From assembly GCA_905187695.1 (NCBI GenBank), contig CAJJIY010000001.1:6831-70830 (forward strand): a DNA stretch of 64,000 nt. The letters are read 5' to 3'. Under the pieces are notes generated by a model that did not search any database, was not told where the DNA came from, and saw nothing but the letters and a program-made list of their open reading frames with translations. Shown here in pieces: positions 57,163 through 64,000 of the stretch. The first letter of the stretch is position 1, and each line of letters starts with the position of its first letter. Source of the stretch: an uncultured Eubacteriales bacterium. Lineage in GTDB: Bacteria; Bacillota; Clostridia; Oscillospirales; CAG-272. The position numbers and the translations under genes are program-made.

Positions 57163-57435
57163 TCAGTTACTTTTTTGTGCGCGCTGTTTTTGATATTTCC
57201 GTTTGGTTGCCTCGCCGCCACGCAGATGCCGCTCCTCCTTGTTTTTTTGCAGAATAGTCTGCACGGCCGCAAACAGCGGTCCGTTTATAAGGCGCAATTC
57301 AACCGTCACATCTTTGTGAACCGTACTTTTGCTGATTCCAAAACGGCCGGCCGTTTCCCGAACGGTCGCGCCATGTTCTATAATGTATTGTCCGAGAATT
57401 TCCGCTCTGCTTCGCTCTTCTTCAAAATAATGCAT
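57163..57435 (-). CDS. spoIIID: sporulation transcriptional regulator SpoIIID
   Basis: ORF 57163..57468 trimmed to ATG 57435. HTH ATVRETAGRFGISKSTVHKDVT and basic region RHLRGGEATKRKY match SpoIIID closely. Confidence 0.92.
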   Translation of the reverse strand: MHYFEEERSRAEILGQYIIEHGATVRETAGRFGISKSTVHKDVTVELRLINGPLFAAVQTILQKNKEERHLRGGEATKRKYQKQRAQKSN

Positions 57436-57540
57436 TTCGTCGCTCGCTCTCTGTTGAAATTTCGGCATTTATCTGATATAATTGAATCAGAAATTATCAC
57501 TACATCTTATGCAAAAATCTTGAAAGGCAGAACTGTAAAA

Positions 57541-58314
57541 ATGAATTCGGAAAAAGAAGCCGCCGCATCCTTTTGCGTCATGGAAGGAATGACCTCCGTT
57601 TCTTCCCTGCTTGCCGCCACCGCTCAAAACATCAATGACCGCAAAATTCATGAAATTCTTTTTGATAAAGAAATGAAAGACAAAAAAAGGCGGATTTTTA
57701 CTTTTCTTCTTTCGGAATGTAAAAAGCGGGAGATTCCGCTTCGCCTTTGCCTACGAAGCGAGATTGATTCCGTTTCCACAGGCAACACGCACGGCGGCGT
57801 GGCCGCGATTTGCGGTGACCGCTCTCTCTTGCCTCTTTCTGACGAAAATTTTCCCCACGACGCGTTTTTATGTTATTTGGACGGCATTGAAGACCCTTAC
57901 AACTTCGGCTATACCATCCGTTCGTTATACGCGGCCGGGTGCAACGGTATTTTGCTGAGCGAGCGAAACTGGATGAGTGCCGCGGGGGTAGTGGCCAGGG
58001 CTTCTGCCGGAACATCGGAAGCAATTCCGATGTATGGCGCGGGAAATGGTGTAAATGCGCTTTCTCTTCTGAAATCGGCCGGTTATCGTGTGATTACAGC
58101 CGGCATCCGGAATTCGGTGCCTTATATGACGGCAACTCTCAAGAAGCCGTTGGTTCTGGTGGTTGGCGGAGAAAAGCGGGGGATTTCAGCCGCTGTCAAT
58201 GCCCTTTCTGACCAGGTGGTCCGAATTCCTTATGGCCGCGATTTCCGCGGTTCTCTGCCAACGGCGTCTGCCAGCGCGGTCATCGGATTTGAAATTCTTC
58301 GTCAAAACTCATAA
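57541..58314 (+). CDS. TrmH/SpoU family RNA 2'-O-methyltransferase (RlmB-like)
   Basis: ORF 57175..58314 trimmed to ATG 57541, because the upstream part is antisense to spoIIID. NFGYTIRSLYAAGCNGILLS, LVVGGEKRGIS, IPYGRDFRGSLPTASASAVIGFE. Confidence 0.85.
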   Translation: MNSEKEAAASFCVMEGMTSVSSLLAATAQNINDRKIHEILFDKEMKDKKRRIFTFLLSECKKREIPLRLCLRSEIDSVSTGNTHGGVAAICGDRSLLPLSDENFPHDAFLCYLDGIEDPYNFGYTIRSLYAAGCNGILLSERNWMSAAGVVARASAGTSEAIPMYGAGNGVNALSLLKSAGYRVITAGIRNSVPYMTATLKKPLVLVVGGEKRGISAAVNALSDQVVRIPYGRDFRGSLPTASASAVIGFEILRQNS

Positions 58315-58364
58315 AATCTGTTGAATTCCGAAAATGTTAACATTTATCTTTTTCTTTTTTTCGG

Positions 58365-58393
58365 TTGCGAAAAAGAAAGATGTTTGTTATAAT
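58365..58393 (+). promoter_or_regulatory. sigma-A promoter for purA
   Basis: TTGCGA (58365-58370), a 17-nt spacer, then TATAAT (58388-58393). Confidence 0.6.
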
Positions 58394-58425
58394 AATGAGG
58401 TAATGAAAATTTAGGGGGTAGCGCA

Positions 58426-59700
58426 ATGCTAACATCAATCGTTGGGATCAACTGGGGCGATGAAGGCAAGGGCCGCATGGTCGATTTGCTTTCGGACGGA
58501 CAGGATATTGTGGTGCGGTATCAGGGCGGAAACAACGCCGGGCACACCGTAATCAACGAACGGGGTAAGTTCGTGCTGAATCTTCTTCCTTCCGGCATTC
58601 TCCGTCCGGGTGTTACCTGTGTGATGGGTAACGGCATGGTGATTGACCTGGCTCATTTGGCCGGCGAAATTGAAAAACTCCGTGAGGGCGGAATTGAAAT
58701 TTCTCCGAAGAACCTGAAGATCAGCGACCGTGCCGTGTTGACGCTTCCCTTCCATGTGCGTCTGGATTGCCTGGAAGAAGAACGGTTGGCCGGCGAAAAA
58801 TTCGGTTCGACCCGTCGCGGCATAGCTTATGTCTACGGCGATAAATATATGAAAAAAGGCATCCGTACCGGTGATTTGTTGGATATGGACTATCTGGAAA
58901 GCAGACTGCGCGGCATTGTGGCCTACAAATCGCTTGTGATTGAAAATGTCTATCACAAAGAACCGGTCTCTTATGACGAGATGCTGGCTTATCTCAGAAA
59001 ATATGCGGAAATTTTCAAGGATTACATTACCGATACCGGCGTTTATCTGACAAAAGCGGTCAACAGCGGCAAAAAAATTATGCTGGAGGCACAACTCGGA
59101 ACACTGCGCGATATTGATTTCGGTATTTATCCCTATACCACTTCTTCCAATACCATTGCCGCCTATGGCCCGATCGGTGCCGGTATTCCCGGCGTGAAGC
59201 TGGATGTGGTGGTCGGTGTGATGAAAGCCTATTCCACCTGTGTGGGGGAAGGCCCTTTCACCTGCGAATGGTTTGGCGAAGAAGGAAATGCCCTGCGCGA
59301 GGCGGGCGGAGAATACGGCGCCGCCACCGGCCGTCCCCGCCGCGTCGGCCCGTTTGATGCTGTTGCATCCCGTTATGGATGCCGGATTCAGGGTGCCAAT
59401 GAACTGGCTCTGACCAAGACCGATATTCTTTCTTACATGGATCGGATCCCGGTCTGCGTAGCCTATGAAATTGAAGGAAAACGCGTGGAAGACTTCCCTG
59501 TCGGTAAGGCGCTCAAGGAAGCCAAACCGATCTATGAATATGTAAAAGGATGGAAGTGCGATATCATGGCTTGCCGTTGTGTGAAGGATATGCCCAAAGA
59601 ACTGATTGGCTATGTTCATCGGCTTGAAGAACTGGTCGGATGCCGCATTCGCTATGTCTCGGTCGGTGCACAGCGGGATGCTTACATAAAAATGTATTGA
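58426..59700 (+). CDS. purA: adenylosuccinate synthase
   Basis: GINWGDEGKGRMVD, YQGGNNAGHT, GSTRRGIAY and TGRPRRVG. Confidence 0.96.
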   Translation: MLTSIVGINWGDEGKGRMVDLLSDGQDIVVRYQGGNNAGHTVINERGKFVLNLLPSGILRPGVTCVMGNGMVIDLAHLAGEIEKLREGGIEISPKNLKISDRAVLTLPFHVRLDCLEEERLAGEKFGSTRRGIAYVYGDKYMKKGIRTGDLLDMDYLESRLRGIVAYKSLVIENVYHKEPVSYDEMLAYLRKYAEIFKDYITDTGVYLTKAVNSGKKIMLEAQLGTLRDIDFGIYPYTTSSNTIAAYGPIGAGIPGVKLDVVVGVMKAYSTCVGEGPFTCEWFGEEGNALREAGGEYGAATGRPRRVGPFDAVASRYGCRIQGANELALTKTDILSYMDRIPVCVAYEIEGKRVEDFPVGKALKEAKPIYEYVKGWKCDIMACRCVKDMPKELIGYVHRLEELVGCRIRYVSVGAQRDAYIKMY

Positions 59701-59720
59701 GTATTAATGTCTTACAAAAG

Positions 59721-59754
59721 AAAGAGGGCGCTGAAATCAGCGTCCTCTTTTCAC
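59721..59754 (+). terminator. intrinsic terminator after purA
   Basis: AAAGAGGGCGCT pairs with AGCGTCCTCTTT (one G-U pair). The loop is GAAATC and the stem runs into a T-rich tail. Confidence 0.75.
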
Positions 59755-59797
59755 AAACTATTTTTTCACAAAAAAAGACCAAAATTTTAGAAAAGGC

Positions 59798-59826
59798 TTG
59801 CATTTGCCGAGAAAAAGTGATAGAAT
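59798..59826 (+). promoter_or_regulatory. sigma-A promoter for the AraC-family gene
   Basis: TTGCAT (59798-59803), a 17-nt spacer, then TAGAAT (59821-59826). Confidence 0.55.
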
Positions 59827-59859
59827 ACAGATAACAACTTTCTGGGGGTGGTTTTTGCC

Positions 59860-60825
59860 ATGCGTCAGGATATTCTGAACAAGCTCATGAAAATCAGCGA
59901 TGAAGAACGGAAAATACTGGAGGGCGAAAACAAGGTCAACAAGCGCCTTTACTCTGTATTTGCCAAAGAATTCATTGTCCATAGCCATCGCCTGATGCAG
60001 GATGGCGAGCAGATTTCGCTTCGGCGTCATACCCGCTTTGCCGATTTTCCCGTGCACGGGCATAATTATGTGGAAATGACCTATGTGTGTTCCGGCGAGG
60101 TTACACATGTCATCAAGCACCGGGAAGTCAGGATGCATCCGGGGGATGTTCTGCTGCTGAACCGTCATACGCAGCACAGCGTACGCGAAACCGGCGAAGA
60201 AGACATTGCAATCAACATCATGCTTCAGACTGAGTGCTTTCATTCTTTTGCCCCGGTCATTTCTCCTTCTTCCCCGCTTTCGTCTTTCATGGCCGAAAAT
60301 ATCCGCTCCAATGGCGAGGCGGAGTATATGCTGTTTTCAACCGAGGGCGTTGTGCCGCTTGAAAATCTTTTTGAAAATCTATGCTATGCCATGGTCGGCA
60401 GTGATACAACCGGCGTGGATACGCTGAAAGCCACCGTTGCGCTCATCCTGCGCTATCTTTCCGAAATGCCGGATTGCCTGATTACCGCGGCTCGTCACCG
60501 TTCGGATTCCGAATTGCTCAAAGCAAGAATCGAAGATTATCTGCACACCGATTTCAGAACCGCCTCTCTTTCGCAATTGGCGCAGAAAATGGGGTTGAGC
60601 GTTCCCTATCTTTCTACCCGAATAAGAGAATTGTGCGGCATGAATTTCAGCCAGCTCCTTCAGGAGGAACGATTCCGCGAGGCCATACATTTACTTGAGA
60701 CCACCGAGTTGCCGGTCGGCGACATTATTATCGCCGTCGGCTACGAAAACACAAGTTTCTTCCACAATCAGTTCAAAGAGCGTTATCATTGCTCTCCGTT
60801 CAAGTATCGTAAGAACCGAAAATAA
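59860..60825 (+). CDS. AraC family transcriptional regulator (cupin sensor + HTH)
   Basis: ORF 59848..60825 trimmed to ATG 59860. N-terminal cupin (HTRFADFPVHGHNYVEMTYVCSG). C-terminal AraC HTH (VGDIIIAVGYENTSFFHNQFKERYHCSPFKYR). Confidence 0.88.
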   Translation: MRQDILNKLMKISDEERKILEGENKVNKRLYSVFAKEFIVHSHRLMQDGEQISLRRHTRFADFPVHGHNYVEMTYVCSGEVTHVIKHREVRMHPGDVLLLNRHTQHSVRETGEEDIAINIMLQTECFHSFAPVISPSSPLSSFMAENIRSNGEAEYMLFSTEGVVPLENLFENLCYAMVGSDTTGVDTLKATVALILRYLSEMPDCLITAARHRSDSELLKARIEDYLHTDFRTASLSQLAQKMGLSVPYLSTRIRELCGMNFSQLLQEERFREAIHLLETTELPVGDIIIAVGYENTSFFHNQFKERYHCSPFKYRKNRK

Positions 60826-60829
60826 TACC

Positions 60830-60865
60830 ACCGGCCCGAAAGTACGCTTTCGGGCCGGTATTTTT
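60830..60865. terminator. bidirectional terminator between the AraC gene and the Cys-rich gene
   Basis: ACCGGCCCGAAAG, loop TACG, CTTTCGGGCCGGT, then TATTTTT. Confidence 0.85.
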
Positions 60866-60875
60866 CAGGATTTTG

Positions 60876-61718
60876 TTACGAATTGCCACCGCAGCATTTT
60901 CCGCCCCGCGGCGAAGGACCTGCAGGAGGAACAGCGCCGGCAGAAAACTCAGACACCGGGAACGGGATCTGGCGGAAGGTGCTGCACGGATCTTCCTCAC
61001 CCGGAGGGGTGCATTCTTTATCGGGAATGCTGTACTCAACGCCCTGAACCAGAAGCTGACCTTCACGCACCAAACGAATAACCGAGAAAAGGCCCAGCGA
61101 TATGGCCAGATATCGGCGCCCCGTATCGTCATCGTCCGCATCCACCAGTGTACCGTCCAAGCGCTCGGTTACCGAAGTGGGCAGGTCGCAGCAGCAGCAA
61201 CAGCAACGGCAATCACGCCGTCTTTCCACCACACGCGCACCCAGCACAATCGGATCGACTACTTCCACAACCGCTTCCGGCAAATTTCTCTGTCCGGTAA
61301 TCGGCTCGGGCAGAGCGCAGAAATTGCCGTTCCCTTGACTGCGGAAAATGTTCACATTGCTTTCGCCGCCGAAAAGAACCACGCGTTTTTCCAGCACGGC
61401 AATGCCGTCAAATTCTTGAGTCTGACCGATCGGCAGGCAGGCTTCGCAGTTGCAGCGCACATAAAAACGAATGAGAACCGTGTAAAAACCGCGGTTGAAC
61501 TGAACGGGATCCACCGCGATATTGGCCCCGATAATTTCCGCGCTCTTCACACGGACATTACCGTTACGCAAAAGCATATCATCGCCGATTCCCGTCAAAA
61601 ATACCCGTTGATCTTCAAAACAATCCCTGTCCCGGCAAGCGTCCAGAATCCGACCGGTTTCGATGCCGAAGGTGTCTCTGGACGGGGAGCCCCCGCAGGA
61701 AAATCTGTTATCACTCAT
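60876..61718 (-). CDS. cysteine-rich hypothetical protein (18 Cys; candidate spore-coat-type protein)
   Basis: AAGGAGG SD 8 nt before ATG 61718. It has its own bidirectional terminator at 60830-60865. Contains RDCRCCCCCCD (Cys codons at 61188-61205), VRCNCEAC and C-terminal GGKCCGGNS. The equally long + strand ORF 60873..61739 lacks an SD and looks like a shadow. Confidence 0.65.
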   Translation of the reverse strand: MSDNRFSCGGSPSRDTFGIETGRILDACRDRDCFEDQRVFLTGIGDDMLLRNGNVRVKSAEIIGANIAVDPVQFNRGFYTVLIRFYVRCNCEACLPIGQTQEFDGIAVLEKRVVLFGGESNVNIFRSQGNGNFCALPEPITGQRNLPEAVVEVVDPIVLGARVVERRRDCRCCCCCCDLPTSVTERLDGTLVDADDDDTGRRYLAISLGLFSVIRLVREGQLLVQGVEYSIPDKECTPPGEEDPCSTFRQIPFPVSEFSAGAVPPAGPSPRGGKCCGGNS

Positions 61719-61771
61719 AGGGAAAAGATTCCTCCTTGATATATTCAGAGCACAGAAGGGCTCTTCCCTAT

Positions 61772-61780
61772 TATCTTATG
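61772..61780 (-). promoter_or_regulatory. possible mother-cell (sigma-E/K type) -10 element upstream of the Cys-rich gene
   Basis: The - strand reads CATAAGATA, matching the CATA-N3-TA form, about 45 nt upstream of the SD. The -35 is not convincing. Confidence 0.3.
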
Positions 61781-61810
61781 CAATTTTACGGATTTTGACA
61801 ATTTCGGCCT

Positions 61811-64000
61811 TTATTCTTCCTTGCTGAAAACGCAGCGGTAAGGATTTGGAAAAAACACGCGGTATTCCGCCGTTTCGGGCATAAACGGCAGACAACGCTT
61901 TGAGGCCACAAGGATGGTTTGCGTTTCTTTCCCGGTAGAAAAATGGATCCGTTCTTTTGGGCGGGGGCCATGTGCCCCAAGAATGAAGAGTTCCGCGCCT
62001 ATCTCTCTTTCCGGCATTCCCAGGTGAGAGCGGTATTCCGAAAGCGCACAGCTTTCGTATCGGATTTCATGCGGGCCGTATGCCAGTGTAAAAGATACGG
62101 TAGGCTGTGTGGAACGGCTTTCATAAAGCGGTGCGTCAAAAGTGAGGCGACCGTCATAGAAAATCTTTTGGTCAAGGCCGAAAGAATAAAGCGAAATTGT
62201 GACCCCGTGCAGCGCCGCTTTCTGGCGCAACAAATCCAGATATACTTTATCGGACTGTGTAACCGGTTCGGGTACCCACAAATTTCTGACCAGTACCATT
62301 CCGGCGAAACGGTCAAAAGCGTTGACGGCAGATTTATGATAATGTGTGAGCAACAGCACCGAAACCTCTGTCGCCCCGTCTTCACTGGCCAATTCATAGT
62401 CGGCGTAAAGCTGCGCCACACTCGTTGCGGAAATATCCACGATCACGGTTCCCGCCGGATGACGCAGGATAATTCCCTCGTTTGTGCCGAAAAGCCGATA
62501 GGAAAAAGTCAGATCATTCCGATGAATCCTGTTGCAGATCGGAAAAGAAAAACACAATGCCGCAACGCACAAAACAGCCGGCAACGGAACCAGCCATTTT
62601 CTTTTCTTCAGATCCGGAATAAGTAAAAGAAAAGTCAGAAACAGTCCCGGAAGCAAAATAAATTTTGTATACGCCGGCCGTAACGACACAACCGCAGGTA
62701 ACATTGCCAGTTTCCCGGAAAGCCAAAGCACAAAACCGGAAAGTTTTCCCGCCGCAAAGGCAAAAGGCGCCACCGGAAAGCAAAAAAGAGCGAGTAGTGC
62801 AAGCACCAATAAAAACGACGCCAGCGGCACAAAAATAAGATTGGAAACCGGCGTGAGGAGCGACAACTCGCCGAAATTGAAAAAGATGACCGGCAAAATG
62901 GCCACAGTTGCAGAAAAAGTGAGAACAAACGAAGAAAGAATCCATCGCACAATGGCAAAAATGATTCCGGGAAAGCCCTTGCGCACCGGAATCAAAGCCT
63001 TGCATTTTTTGTTGATAGAGGAAAATACAAGAATACCGAAAGTGGAAAGCACCGTCATTTGAAAAGAAAGACTTTGTAAAGCAAATGGCCAGATCAGTAA
63101 AATCACCGCGGCGCCGAAAAGGAGAGATGTCACGGCATCAATATCGCTTTTTGCAAAAAAGGACAGATAAAAAACCGAAAGCATCAGCACGGCGCGCAAA
63201 GTTGAAAATCCGCATCCGGTCATGATGAGATAGGAAAAGGCAAAGAAAAGCGTTATCGGAATCCGGATCTTTTTGGAGACTCGCAACATCCGGAGCAATT
63301 GATCGACTGCCGCTGACAAAATACTCAGATGCAGACCGCTGAGCGCCAGCAGGTGCGAAATGCCGATCCGCCGGAAATCCCGGACCGTCGTGTCCGAGAG
63401 AAACTCTTTGGTTCCCAGCAAAAGTGCGGAAAGCAAATTTCCCTCTTCGCCCGGAACCGATTGCCGCAAAGAGTAAGAGAGACGGTCACGCATAAATTTA
63501 ATGCGTGAAAGAAAAGATCGGCTTCCGCTTTCGATCGGAACAAAAGGCGCGGATCCTTCTGCGACGAATAAGCATTGTGCTCCCAACGAGGTGTAATATT
63601 TTTCCCGACCGCTATATCGGTTCTCAAAAGAAAGTTCCTGTCTGGTGGCATGACAGGAAAGCCGGTCTCCTTCCCGCAGAGCATGCCCGGCTTCACTTCT
63701 CAGAATCGCGCCAAGTTCGGTTTTCTGGCCGCCGACCGTATTGACCTTGACCAGAACCTCTTCGTAATAACTGCCTGATGAAAGCACTTCGCGGACCGTA
63801 AAGGTCATTTCCGTCATTTCTCCGACCGAAACCGGGCATTTCTCTGATTTCCGGACCTCCGTTCCGCCACGGAAAAATCCAAGCGAAGATCCAAGAAAAA
63901 AGAGCGCAATAAATAAAAAACAATATCCTTTTTTGAGGGAGCGGAAGGAAAGGACAAGAAAAGCGGCAAAGAAAAAGAAGAAAAGCAACGAAAAAAGCAA
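61811..64000 (-). CDS. comEC: DNA internalization competence protein ComEC/Rec2 (N-terminus at or beyond window edge)
   Basis: Polytopic competence domain (ISHLLALSGLHLSIL). C-terminal metallo-beta-lactamase-like domain with degenerate motif LLLTHYHKSA. The ORF is open to position 64000. Confidence 0.87.
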   Translation of the reverse strand: MLFSLLFFFFFAAFLVLSFRSLKKGYCFLFIALFFLGSSLGFFRGGTEVRKSEKCPVSVGEMTEMTFTVREVLSSGSYYEEVLVKVNTVGGQKTELGAILRSEAGHALREGDRLSCHATRQELSFENRYSGREKYYTSLGAQCLFVAEGSAPFVPIESGSRSFLSRIKFMRDRLSYSLRQSVPGEEGNLLSALLLGTKEFLSDTTVRDFRRIGISHLLALSGLHLSILSAAVDQLLRMLRVSKKIRIPITLFFAFSYLIMTGCGFSTLRAVLMLSVFYLSFFAKSDIDAVTSLLFGAAVILLIWPFALQSLSFQMTVLSTFGILVFSSINKKCKALIPVRKGFPGIIFAIVRWILSSFVLTFSATVAILPVIFFNFGELSLLTPVSNLIFVPLASFLLVLALLALFCFPVAPFAFAAGKLSGFVLWLSGKLAMLPAVVSLRPAYTKFILLPGLFLTFLLLIPDLKKRKWLVPLPAVLCVAALCFSFPICNRIHRNDLTFSYRLFGTNEGIILRHPAGTVIVDISATSVAQLYADYELASEDGATEVSVLLLTHYHKSAVNAFDRFAGMVLVRNLWVPEPVTQSDKVYLDLLRQKAALHGVTISLYSFGLDQKIFYDGRLTFDAPLYESRSTQPTVSFTLAYGPHEIRYESCALSEYRSHLGMPEREIGAELFILGAHGPRPKERIHFSTGKETQTILVASKRCLPFMPETAEYRVFFPNPYRCVFSKEE

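Noticed and set aside
60873-61739. 288-aa + strand ORF mirroring the Cys-rich gene.
   Set aside because: It has no SD, runs through the bidirectional terminator at 60830-60865 and has implausible composition. The - strand ORF has AAGGAGG and clean boundaries.
1-64000. Search for mobile elements, prophage, toxin-antitoxin, restriction-modification or other defence systems.
   Set aside because: No integrase, transposase, terminal inverted repeats, nuclease/ATPase defence pairs or methyltransferase-endonuclease pairs were recognisable. Apart from the 56.5-57.2 kb island, composition appears uniform by eye.

Overview
Gene-dense, mostly housekeeping chromosomal segment with about 62 CDS. It looks like a spore-forming Clostridia-class Firmicute, possibly Oscillospirales/Ruminococcaceae-like; that placement is inferred only from gene content and synteny. 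G+C is roughly half by eye. Recognisable conserved blocks are: nusB-xseA-xseB-ispA-tlyA-nadK-argR-recN; ybaK-glyQS; aminopeptidase-prfA-tsaC-topoisomerase A; murB-whiA-dnaE-PBP1A; mnmA/trmL; secA; pcrA; pdaA/pdaB-like deacetylases; tig-clpP-clpX; and lepB-rbgA-rnhB-yraN. Single genes of note are thrC, spoIIID, purA and comEC. Sporulation genes are scattered through the window (spoVB-like, whiA, pdaA, DUF1540, spoIIID). I found no rRNA, tRNA, CRISPR array, IS element, prophage or recognisable defence genes. Several consensus sigma-A promoters with exact 17-bp spacers and clean intrinsic terminators are visible. The most unusual items are listed here. (1) A translationally coupled HprK-like kinase + PqqD/RRE + soluble S24/S26-like peptidase triad sits directly behind glyQS, with no precursor or core RiPP enzyme in the window. 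(2) A 280-aa protein with 18 Cys includes a run of six consecutive Cys codons and sits behind a mother-cell-type -10 element. (3) A 648-bp AT-rich noncoding island next to spoIIID is full of inverted and direct repeats. (4) A perfect 3 x 14-bp tandem repeat lies in the secA leader. (5) Two coupled unknown polytopic membrane proteins follow secA. (6) A terminator hairpin between dnaE and the PBP gene sequesters the PBP Shine-Dalgarno. All functional calls rest on motifs I recognised in the translations; no database search could be run.
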